Origin: a virus
Lineage: Duplodnaviria > Caudoviricetes
Direction: 5' to 3' (one strand)
Virus record (IMG/VR): IMGVR_UViG_3300021255_000123
Span: 21,435 to 85,434 of that record
Length of the DNA: 64,000 nt
Shown here: in pieces, positions 8,702-15,860 of the stretch
Numbering within the stretch: position 1 is the first letter of the stretch
How the letters are laid out: each line of letters opens with the position of its first letter
The notes under the pieces: model-generated
What the model saw: the letters and a program-made list of their open reading frames with translations, nothing else
What the model was told of the DNA's origin: nothing
Database searches by the model: none
Program-made: the position numbers and the translations under genes

Positions 8702-8739
8702 TTGTGTTGCAAACCTGTCTTAACTATTTTTGCAACAAT

Positions 8740-9330
8740 TAGTTAGTTATTGGCTCAATTAATGCAATTGCGTTATTTGCTTTCCTATTTTGCACATATT
8801 GCAGAATGTGTTGTGTATGTTTTCCACATTGCGCACACTCTAATTGTCAGTGTAATATTGTCCGGTTGCATAGTTGTATATGCAGCGCCATGAATATGTG
8901 TGTACACTATATATAGCAAGTGCCAAACCTTAACACAATATACAACGTATTGTGCTTTCGTTGTGTCAATACTTACATAACTGGCAACTTGTTTTGTCAT
9001 GCAGTATATTGACAATGTTTTATTGCTATATAGTGAGTTATACAATTGTAAGTGCAATTTGCGTTGTATCATACAAACAATTGTATAACTGACAATTTGC
9101 AATGTTTTGTTGTGTCTGTCTGTTTCAACAAACATAACTTACACTTTTATATATTTTGTTGGCTGGTTTGTTTTCTGTTATTGCCGTTAGTGTATTGGCA
9201 GTGCAAAATATACAATGTATATCGTTATTTTCGTTTAATATACACAACGTTTCCCGTTTCTTATCCTCTCATGCCTTTCGGTATCATGAATGCCAATGTG
9301 AGTTGCAAAAACTCTAACAACGTTTGTTTC
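8740..9330 (-). other. AT-rich multi-hairpin non-coding leader (possible ncRNA or ssDNA structure)
   Basis: Perfect 14-bp stem 9036-9049/9077-9090; nested stems 8905-8919/9023-9035, 8965-8973/9003-9013 and about 8934-8954. Confidence 0.45.
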
Positions 9331-9413
9331 TGTGTCAATAAACTATATTACGGCTGTTTCAACTGCCTCAATGTTTCATGAATAACATACTTTTTCAACC
9401 CGCCAGCCAGTGT

Positions 9414-9426
9414 GTCAAAGAACTTT
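9414..9426 (-). promoter_or_regulatory. boxA-like antitermination site (AAAGTTCTTTGAC)
   Basis: About 25 nt downstream of the predicted early start site; near-identical word after the 15162 promoter. Confidence 0.55.
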
Positions 9427-9455
9427 CGAAAACCTTTTTGTTTCGTTTTCGGTTG

Positions 9456-9490
9456 CAAAAGTACAACGACTTTCGGACACTTTCGGAAAA
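9456..9490 (-). promoter_or_regulatory. Bacteroidota primary-sigma promoter driving the leftward early operon
   Basis: -7 element TACTTTTG (plus strand CAAAAGTA, 9456-9463). The -33 TTTG is not canonical here and is replaced by TTTCGG repeats. Confidence 0.65.
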
Positions 9491-9798
9491 ACACGTTTTT
9501 TTTAACATTTTCGGACCGGCTGAACGCTGTAAAGTGCTGAAAATGAAAGGGTACACCCCCGAACGCCAACCGTGGTGCGCCGGTATGCTCCCCATCGATA
9601 TTTTTTATTTTTTAATTTTTTCTGATTTTTATTTTTCATTTTTTTATTTTATTATTTTATACGTCAGGTAGTTGTGTGAGGTCAGTTAAATTGACACTTG
9701 AACAATAAAATCGGTGGTGCTGCGTTATATGGATATAATTTATTAACTATAAAACTAGAATAGATATGTGTTGTAAATGGATAAAAGAGTCGAACAGG

Positions 9799-10041
9799 AT
9801 GTACCATGTGTATGTCGGGTTCGTAGCGGCCTTGTTCGGGACCATAGTGGGCGCCATTGAGGTTGGAGTGGCTATGGAGGCCAAGGATTGTCATCACGAT
9901 GCAGCTAATACCGGGAAGAAGCCGTGGGAGTGGACGTGGAGGTGCTTTGACTGGAAGGACTTTGCCGCGACGGTCGTCGGCGGTATATTGGGCCAGCTGG
10001 TGCAGCTTGGGGTGGTCTGGCTGATATTTTTGCGGAAATAG
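9799..10041 (+). CDS. Small membrane protein (FDWKDFAATVVGG motif)
   Basis: Two hydrophobic segments; the DWxDxxAT..GG word is common in Bacteroidota phage membrane proteins. Confidence 0.7.
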   Translation: MYHVYVGFVAALFGTIVGAIEVGVAMEAKDCHHDAANTGKKPWEWTWRCFDWKDFAATVVGGILGQLVQLGVVWLIFLRK

Positions 10042-10051
10042 TGTGATTTTT

Positions 10052-10083
10052 TTTTGGTATGTTGGGAATTATGTGTATATTTG
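10052..10083 (+). promoter_or_regulatory. Bacteroidota promoter
   Basis: TTTG near 10053 and TATATTTG at 10076-10083. Confidence 0.7.
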
Positions 10084-10107
10084 CATTGTAACATTTATGA
10101 TGTAAAC

Positions 10108-10359
10108 ATGGATAAGAAAATCGAAATCAACGGCTTGGAGAGGTCTGACAAGGGCGGTTCCCATCGGAAATACCGGCATGGGGGCGTAAAAATCGGCATG
10201 TACAACTTCAACGGGGAGCTGGAGGCCGAGTTTTTGGACCTCGACTCCGCTGTCGCGGAGAATACTGTCGGTGCGACGTACCGTGGGATAGTGGACTGCA
10301 TCACTGGGAAGACGAAGAAACATGCCGGGAAGATATGGAGGAAGGAGGCTGCGGTATGA
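10108..10359 (+). CDS. Stand-alone NUMOD1/IENR1-like HTH DNA-binding protein
   Basis: IGMYNFNGELEAEF...IVDCITGKTKKHAGKIWR aligns with the NUMOD1 repeats of the two HNH genes. Confidence 0.65.
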   Translation: MDKKIEINGLERSDKGGSHRKYRHGGVKIGMYNFNGELEAEFLDLDSAVAENTVGATYRGIVDCITGKTKKHAGKIWRKEAAV

Positions 10360-10646
10360 TGGGCCAAGGGACACTGAGGATAGAGGTGGCGACGCTAATG
10401 AAGCTGCTGCCGCTGTGGATGCGGACCGCCGGGTTCGTGGTTGACGACAGCAAGATAGCCGCCACGGGGATGATGTGGGTGGACGCCGGCACGTTGGGCT
10501 TCGGCTCCAGAGAGATTGCCGGCTACTTTGCATCGATGCTGCGGGGCCTGACGATTATAGACGGCGGCCTGTGGTACAAGGTTGACGACGAGCGCCGGGT
10601 GGTGTTTGTGAAGATAGAATACGATAATAACCAACAAAAAGACTGA
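10356..10646 (+). CDS. Hypothetical protein
   Basis: ATGA overlap with the upstream stop; ORF track 10335..10646. Confidence 0.65.
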   Translation: MMGQGTLRIEVATLMKLLPLWMRTAGFVVDDSKIAATGMMWVDAGTLGFGSREIAGYFASMLRGLTIIDGGLWYKVDDERRVVFVKIEYDNNQQKD

Positions 10647-10650
10647 TACG

Positions 10651-10812
10651 ATGTTTTGGAAGATATTTTTGATAGTTGTAGCGGTGCTACTGCTGTTGTT
10701 CCTGCTGTTTGCCGTGTTCTTTTGCGTCGGCCTTGCCGTGATGCTGAACGGCGACGACGAGGGGAGTCTCACCGTGTTCTACCATGAAGGCGACATCGAC
10801 CAAAGACTGTGA
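10651..10812 (+). CDS. 53-aa single-pass membrane protein (MFWKIFLIVVAVLLLLFLLFAVFFCVGLAVML...)
   Basis: Manual translation; long hydrophobic stretch followed by an acidic tail. Confidence 0.6.
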   Translation: MFWKIFLIVVAVLLLLFLLFAVFFCVGLAVMLNGDDEGSLTVFYHEGDIDQRL

Positions 10813-10932
10813 GGACTGGTGCGACTGGCTGTGCGAGTGCTGCGACACGACCAAATGTGCGTCGTACAGGCCGCCTGATGTTAAACCAGAGGTTGAAGTA
10901 AACGAATGTAAACAATTAACACTCTTTGAGAT

Positions 10933-11259
10933 ATGAAGAACAATAAACTCTTTATCGCCATGCCGTCTATGGCCGAGGCCCTGATGGACGACCTGCGCAA
11001 GAAGCTCGAAATCGCCGACACCCTGTTCGACAGGCACGGCAATGCGGACGTGGCTCTCCGCGAGAACCACTACGGCTTCTCCACCGTGGCGCCCAAGAAG
11101 ACTGACAGCAAGTTCCGGTGCTTCCGGCGTATGCTCGGATGCTCGTTCATCTACATGCCGTGCGGATGGCACAATGACGACTGCAGCCGCAAGGCTTTCG
11201 CGTGGGCCGAGTTCCTCGGCAAGAAAGTAATCTTCGAGGAGGACGGACGATGCAGATAA
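10933..11259 (+). CDS. DUF4406-like (nucleoside deoxyribosyltransferase-fold) protein, divergent
   Basis: KLFIAMP...MLGCSFIYMPCGW...AEFLGKKVIFE follows the DUF4406 pattern. Confidence 0.6.
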   Translation: MKNNKLFIAMPSMAEALMDDLRKKLEIADTLFDRHGNADVALRENHYGFSTVAPKKTDSKFRCFRRMLGCSFIYMPCGWHNDDCSRKAFAWAEFLGKKVIFEEDGRCR

Positions 11260-11747
11260 GGGATTGGGTCAGCCTGATGTCCCGCAACGGTCAGGTATGC
11301 ACGTCGTACATGCGCAAGCTGGGAGCAGTAGAGACCAAGGAGGACATGTTCCGAGTCCTGTGCGACGCCAACGGTGGCGCGTGGCTCTTCGAGCTTGCTG
11401 CAAAGGACTTCCGTCTGCTCCCCGTCGAACAGTTTATGAAGGAGTTTGACGAGTACATCAACGGCAAGCGCGTCATGCAGTACCCGAAGGGCTACAGCGG
11501 CAAGTTCTACTGCCGGCACGACGGCGAGATTGTGGCCGACGCCACTCTGGTGTACGTTCTCGACTGCCCGGACGCCAAGATTACGGTGCCGAAGAACATG
11601 TACCCGTCGGTCATCCTGTCGCCACACTCCCATGCCACGATTGCCGTGGAGCCGGGTGCCCGCCTGAACATCGAAACCTACGGCGACGCATCGGTGAAGT
11701 CCATTGCCGGCGACATGAGCCGGGTAAGAGTCAAGAACAATGTCTGA
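11250..11747 (+). CDS. Hypothetical protein with C-terminal beta-rich repeats (start MQIRDW)
   Basis: ORF 11202..11747; strong C-ending codon bias typical of this genome. Confidence 0.75.
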   Translation: MQIRDWVSLMSRNGQVCTSYMRKLGAVETKEDMFRVLCDANGGAWLFELAAKDFRLLPVEQFMKEFDEYINGKRVMQYPKGYSGKFYCRHDGEIVADATLVYVLDCPDAKITVPKNMYPSVILSPHSHATIAVEPGARLNIETYGDASVKSIAGDMSRVRVKNNV

Positions 11748-12162
11748 CGAGGAGCGCGACATATACGAGGATTTGACGTCCTACGGACCGGAGGAAGGCT
11801 CGTCAGGCCCGATTACGGGCGTGAAGGTCTATGACGGGCACAGCTGGTACATAACGACCCGCCTGTCGGACATCGTGGGCGCCGAAATCATCGAGAAGGA
11901 GGACGAGGACACCGGAAGGCCCGTCCGTGGTTTGTTCCTGCCATTCGGGATGTCCGGCCTGACGGTAACGCCGAAGAAGAACGTCCTCTTGGTCTGCAAG
12001 GCGCAGATGGCTCAGGTTGCTTCGAGCAAGTACACCCACCTTCTCACCCAGATAATCGACAAGACGGTCGCCGAGGCCAGAAAGAAGCTCGGTTTCCAGC
12101 AAAACTATATAGGGCACATGCGTCAGGCTGGCCCAAAACCACTCAAAAAACGTAAAAAATAA
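11740..12162 (+). CDS. Hypothetical protein, distant paralog of 54783..55142 and 55512..55931
   Basis: Shared pattern L..I.G..I.E...G...RG.F.P...G...TH.L. Confidence 0.7.
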   Translation: MSDEERDIYEDLTSYGPEEGSSGPITGVKVYDGHSWYITTRLSDIVGAEIIEKEDEDTGRPVRGLFLPFGMSGLTVTPKKNVLLVCKAQMAQVASSKYTHLLTQIIDKTVAEARKKLGFQQNYIGHMRQAGPKPLKKRKK

Positions 12163-12163
12163 C

Positions 12164-12394
12164 ATGAAAGAAAGGCAGATAGGAGAAAAATTCAAGTACC
12201 CCGGATTGGGGACTCTCATGGTAGTTCGGGAAGGCGCCGTGAACGAGTGCCACGGGTGCATATTCAACGGTCCCAAGCACTGCGAGAACGACGTTGATAA
12301 GATTCACACCGGCAGCTGCGCCCTCAGCGAGAGGAGCGACAAATACGGTGTGATTTTCGTCAAATCGACCAAGGAAGGAGGTGCCAATGCGTGA
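12164..12394 (+). CDS. Small Cys-containing phage protein (CxGC...C...C; RSDKYGVIFVK)
   Basis: 76-aa ORF; motif typical of small Bacteroidota phage proteins. Confidence 0.75.
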   Translation: MKERQIGEKFKYPGLGTLMVVREGAVNECHGCIFNGPKHCENDVDKIHTGSCALSERSDKYGVIFVKSTKEGGANA

Positions 12395-12776
12395 CATTCT
12401 GTTTAGAGGCAAGAAGGAGTCCGGAGAATGGGTGTATGGCGACCTTCTTCACATCAATGATGAATACGAGATTGGAGTCCCAGGAAAGGGTGTTTCGCGT
12501 GTATGTGGCGAGACTGTCGGCCAGTACACCGGACTGAACGACAAGAACGGCAAGAAAATCTTTGAAGGCGACTACTTGAAGACAAGAGCGCTCACTGGAG
12601 AGGTGTATGTTCAGGAGGTTCGCTGGACCAACAAATTCAATATCGTTGGATTCCGTATGGTTGACAGTGATGAGTATTGGGATGATTTCGACGACTATGA
12701 GGGTCGTATTGAAGTTGTTGGAAATATCCATGACGACGATATTGAAAAAATCAAAGAGGAGGTCTACAATGCTTAA
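12381..12776 (+). CDS. YopX family protein
   Basis: MRDILFRGK...GEWVYG...TVGQYTGLNDKNGKKIFEGD...EVVGNIHD. Confidence 0.9.
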   Translation: MPMRDILFRGKKESGEWVYGDLLHINDEYEIGVPGKGVSRVCGETVGQYTGLNDKNGKKIFEGDYLKTRALTGEVYVQEVRWTNKFNIVGFRMVDSDEYWDDFDDYEGRIEVVGNIHDDDIEKIKEEVYNA

Positions 12777-12950
12777 AGTTGACGATACCGGACGAGGAGT
12801 CCTGCAATTCGAGTCCACGGGGGTTGTCCGGCGCATACCGCTGGAGCGCCGTGGTCATACCAAGGGCGGCAAGGAATGGACGCTCGGTTGGGGTCCTGCT
12901 GGAGGTCGGTGAGAAGCGACAAGTGCGGTGTCATTTTCATCAAAGAGTGA
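12769..12950 (+). pseudogene. Chimeric relic: 5' part of a DUF3127-like gene joined to a copy of the 3' end of gene 12164..12394
   Basis: RRIPLERRG.TK.G.EW.LG is shared with 13892..14254. 12909-12944 matches 12329-12364 at 30/36 nt (RSDKCGVIFIK). Confidence 0.75.
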
Positions 12951-13109
12951 TTTTTTTTGATATTGACACAATAATTATGCAAAACCATCGTTATAGCAGT
13001 ATCGACCATAAAACAGGGGTGTCTGCTACCATCCTTGTGCGAGATAAACGCTAATTTTAGCGGGAAGCCGTAGATTGTAGCAGGTCTATGGCTTCCACTT
13101 TTTATAACA

Positions 13110-13895
13110 ATGGAAACAGGGAATAAAATAAACGAGGAATGGAGGCCGGTTGTCGGCTATGAAGGCATTTATGAGGTGTCTGAATATGGTGATATTGCGT
13201 CGTTGAATTACAACAAAACAGGAGTCAGGAATATTCGTAAGCCAAAAATAACAAAAGACGGGTATCTTGAAATAGCATTATGCAAAGACTCAAAAATGAA
13301 ACATGTTCGTGTTCATAGGGTTGTTGCAATGGCTTTTATTCCAAACCCAAACAATTTACCTCAGATAAATCACAAAGACGAGAATAAGTTAAATAATCAT
13401 GTTGAAAATCTTGAATGGTGTGATTTGAAGTACAATGTGAATTATGGTACGGCAATAGAAAGGCGGTCAAAGAAGATAAGTATTCCTGTTATGCAGATGT
13501 CGTTAGACGGCGATATTATTTCTGAATATGAGTCCGTCAGTGAAGCCGCAAGAAAAGTTGGGTTAAGAACAGGCGACATCGTAAATGTCTGTAATGGGAA
13601 GAATGTTTCTGCTCATGGATATAAGTGGAGATATAAAGACGATTGCTTATTCAGAAAAGCACAAACTCGTAGAAAGAAGGTAGTGGATAAATATACAAGT
13701 AATGGCATTATATGTAGTGTTGACAATATAAAACCTGTTTTGCAATATACACTTGATGGAATTTTTATGGAAGAACATACTAGTATCAGAGCCGCCGAGA
13801 GAAAAACAGGGATAAGACACGATTCGATATGGCAATGTTGTCACAACAAGGTCAATAAAACGCATGGATATATATTCAAATTCAAAGAAATATGA
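13110..13895 (+). mobile_element. Free-standing NUMOD4-HNH-NUMOD1x2 homing endonuclease
   Basis: EEWRPVVGYEGIYEVSEYG (NUMOD4); VHRVVAMAF...INHKDENKLNNHVENLEW (HNH); two NUMOD1 repeats; AT-rich relative to flanks. Confidence 0.92.
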
Positions 13896-14254
13896 TAACA
13901 CAAGATTCTACAGGCAAATGTCTCCTCTCTTTTGAAAACGAGGCAACTATAAGGAGAATACCACTAGAGAGACGTGGTATGACAAAAAAAGGGATAGAAT
14001 GGGTCCTTGGAAGTTGTTTGGTCGAGGTATCTGATAATGAGCAGAATTGCTCGGCCCAACTGTTTTTGGTAACCTTTGAGCCAGAGCTGATTGAGCAACT
14101 GAACGTGATTGGTGTAGGGAAAAATGTCAAGATACGGTGGCACATTGATTGTCGTGAAAGATACGATTCATACTCTGTATCGGCAATCCTAGACGAGATA
14201 GGCTTGATGACCGATGCTGAGAACTTCCTGATTGGCAAAGGTAAAAAGAAATGA
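13892..14254 (+). CDS. DUF3127-like OB-fold protein
   Basis: ER.G....G.EW.....EV......TF..E.IEQ....VG..V...HIDCRE matches the DUF3127 pattern as recalled. Confidence 0.65.
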   Translation: MITQDSTGKCLLSFENEATIRRIPLERRGMTKKGIEWVLGSCLVEVSDNEQNCSAQLFLVTFEPELIEQLNVIGVGKNVKIRWHIDCRERYDSYSVSAILDEIGLMTDAENFLIGKGKKK

Positions 14255-14646
14255 GCGAGACCTACATAGACTTGGAGCCATACGAGGACCGGATTATCGC
14301 ACAGCGGAGCCGCACGGCGATAATCTTCCTGTACCCGTTCATCCGGGAGGCGTACAGGTACGGCATGAGGGTGCAGACCCGCGACGGTCGCGTAGTCAAA
14401 AAGGTCCGCGTAGGAGGCGCAAACGGAGCCGCTGTGGTGGTAGGCATCCTAGACGGCGAGGAATTGCGCTGGGATGCCGCAGGACGCTTTCTGGGGCCGT
14501 ATCAGGACGACCCGAGAGACTTGTTTGTGCCGGAACGCTACATGTACAAGGACTGGAGGGAGAATATCGGCCTGTCGAACAGCGAGTGGGCCGTAACCTT
14601 CGGGAAGCCTCATCCGGGAGTCAAGATGCCGAAAAAAGATAATTAA
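14251..14646 (+). CDS. Hypothetical protein (VQTRDGRVV motif)
   Basis: 131-aa ORF; ATGA overlap. Confidence 0.75.
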   Translation: MSETYIDLEPYEDRIIAQRSRTAIIFLYPFIREAYRYGMRVQTRDGRVVKKVRVGGANGAAVVVGILDGEELRWDAAGRFLGPYQDDPRDLFVPERYMYKDWRENIGLSNSEWAVTFGKPHPGVKMPKKDN

Positions 14647-14657
14647 CCGTTTCTAAT

Positions 14658-14864
14658 ATGACCGACGAGGAATTTGACAACACAACATTCCACAAAGGAG
14701 ACAAGATTGAAGTGTGCCACTACTTCAAGACCGAAGTTGAAGATGTAGAATATGTGAATATAATTGACAGATATATAAATAATTACAAACCACAACAAAT
14801 CTCAAAATATATAAGTCATGCCAAGAAAGAAACCAGAAGAACCAATCATCGTCAATCCGAATGA
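14658..14864 (+). CDS. Small hypothetical protein
   Basis: 68-aa ORF. Confidence 0.6.
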   Translation: MTDEEFDNTTFHKGDKIEVCHYFKTEVEDVEYVNIIDRYINNYKPQQISKYISHAKKETRRTNHRQSE

Positions 14865-15063
14865 ACCGCTCCGCAAGTGCTACGACTGCGTGCATTGGCA
14901 CATGTGCAAGGATGGCAACAACAGTGACGGCGCTGTCGATTTCTCGTCCGGCAGCTGCGACCACAACGGTTACTCCAAGGTGCCGCCGCTGTTCACATGC
15001 CCCGGATGGGCCTCAGGAAGCGGCGAAATTGCCGATACATTGAGCCTACTGATGTCGAATTAG
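14818..15063 (+). CDS. Small Cys-rich hypothetical protein (CxxC..W..C...C...C)
   Basis: 81-aa ORF; possible zinc binder. Confidence 0.65.
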   Translation: MPRKKPEEPIIVNPNEPLRKCYDCVHWHMCKDGNNSDGAVDFSSGSCDHNGYSKVPPLFTCPGWASGSGEIADTLSLLMSN

Positions 15064-15138
15064 CCGGCATCCGTGCCGAAAGATTGAAAAATTTTCTCGC
15101 ACAAAATCAGCAAAGTACGAAATATTTTCAAAAATTAT

Positions 15139-15169
15139 TTTGCCATATCGGAAATAGTTTGTACTTTTG
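15139..15169 (+). promoter_or_regulatory. Bacteroidota promoter for the tRNA/ncRNA cluster
   Basis: TTTG near 15139-15142 and TACTTTTG at 15162-15169. Confidence 0.8.
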
Positions 15170-15192
15170 CATCGCTTTTGAGACGGAAACGG

Positions 15193-15205
15193 AAAGTTCT
15201 TTCAC
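15193..15205 (+). promoter_or_regulatory. boxA-like site (AAAGTTCTTTCAC)
   Basis: 12/13 identical to the site at 9414-9426 and in the same promoter-proximal position. Confidence 0.55.
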
Positions 15206-15260
15206 TCGAAAGGGTAATATGGCCAGAAGAACGGAGTACGAGAAGTTAAGAAAGCAACTT

Positions 15261-15351
15261 CGCTGAGTAGCTCAGGTATTAGAGCGGTTTGGTAAGTCCG
15301 GAAACGGTGAGTCCAAGCAGGTCATTGGTGAGAAGCCAATCTCGGCGACTA
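15261..15351 (+). ncRNA. tRNA-like RNA with an expanded 22-nt anticodon loop
   Basis: Acceptor CGCTGAG/CTCGGCG; D-stem GCTC/GAGC; anticodon stem GTTTG/CAAGC around a 22-nt loop containing CCG-GAAA-CGG; T-stem ATTGG/CCAAT with non-canonical loop TGAGAAG; 3' ACTA. Confidence 0.7.
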
Positions 15352-15373
15352 GAATCAAAAGAGATTCAGAGAT

Positions 15374-15450
15374 TGTGGGGTCACTGGAGACGGTTCCAGC
15401 CTTGGCTCATAACCAAGTCCACGTCGGTTCGATTCCGACCCCCGCTACCA
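15374..15450 (+). tRNA. tRNA-Met (CAT)
   Basis: Anticodon stem CTTGG/CCAAG with loop CTCATAA; T-arm GTCGG-TTCGATT-CCGAC; encoded ACCA; 1:72 mismatch. Confidence 0.85.
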
Positions 15451-15559
15451 AGCCAAAAGAAGGCAACACAATATAAGCTGAATGTCGGGAAAGTCAGCGA
15501 GGATTGTAAGACAGATTAGGTTCGGTTTCACCAGTCAAGTAAACCATCTTCAACCCCTG

Positions 15560-15590
15560 CAACCCCGACTACGCTGGGGTTGACTTTTTT
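15560..15590 (+). terminator. Rho-independent terminator-like hairpin
   Basis: CAACCCC/GGGGTTG followed by a T run; an alternative 5' arm TCAACCCC lies at 15550-15557. Confidence 0.6.
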
Positions 15591-15591
15591 A

Positions 15592-15860
15592 TATTGGCTG
15601 GTGTTCCACAAGACGAGTAAAGAGAACCCACCCAAAGGAACACGAGAGCCGTAGGGGAGCCAGTACAACACGGCAGCGTAAAGGGAAAGCGAGAGTTGAG
15701 GTGATTCCGCGTACACGACGATGATTGTCGAATAAACACCTCTGCGATTAGCAAACATCGGCGAAATCGCTTGTAAAGTCCGGGACTGACAGGTTCAGCA
15801 GAAGACAATACAAAGTTTTGTTCGCCGGTTGACGGTAAGGGAAACTTTGGTCTGAACCGA
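15592..15860 (+). ncRNA. Unidentified multi-domain structured RNA directly upstream of an HNH gene
   Basis: Stems 15592-99/15658-65, 15601-07/15637-43, 15698-703/15737-42, 15744-49/15765-70, 15792-98/15852-58 and 15811-18/15842-49; no credible ORF. Confidence 0.6.

Noticed and set aside
15644-15680. Group II intron domain V
   Set aside because: The lower stem GCCGT/ACGGC pairs, but the upper stem and GNRA loop are absent, and there is no GTGCG 5' end or RT/maturase.
15770-15860. RNase P RNA
   Set aside because: Only short words match (AAAGTCCGGG, GGTAAGGG). GAGG before AAAGTCC and the terminal ACAGAA..CGGCTTA region are missing and the spacing is too short. Kept as an unidentified ncRNA.
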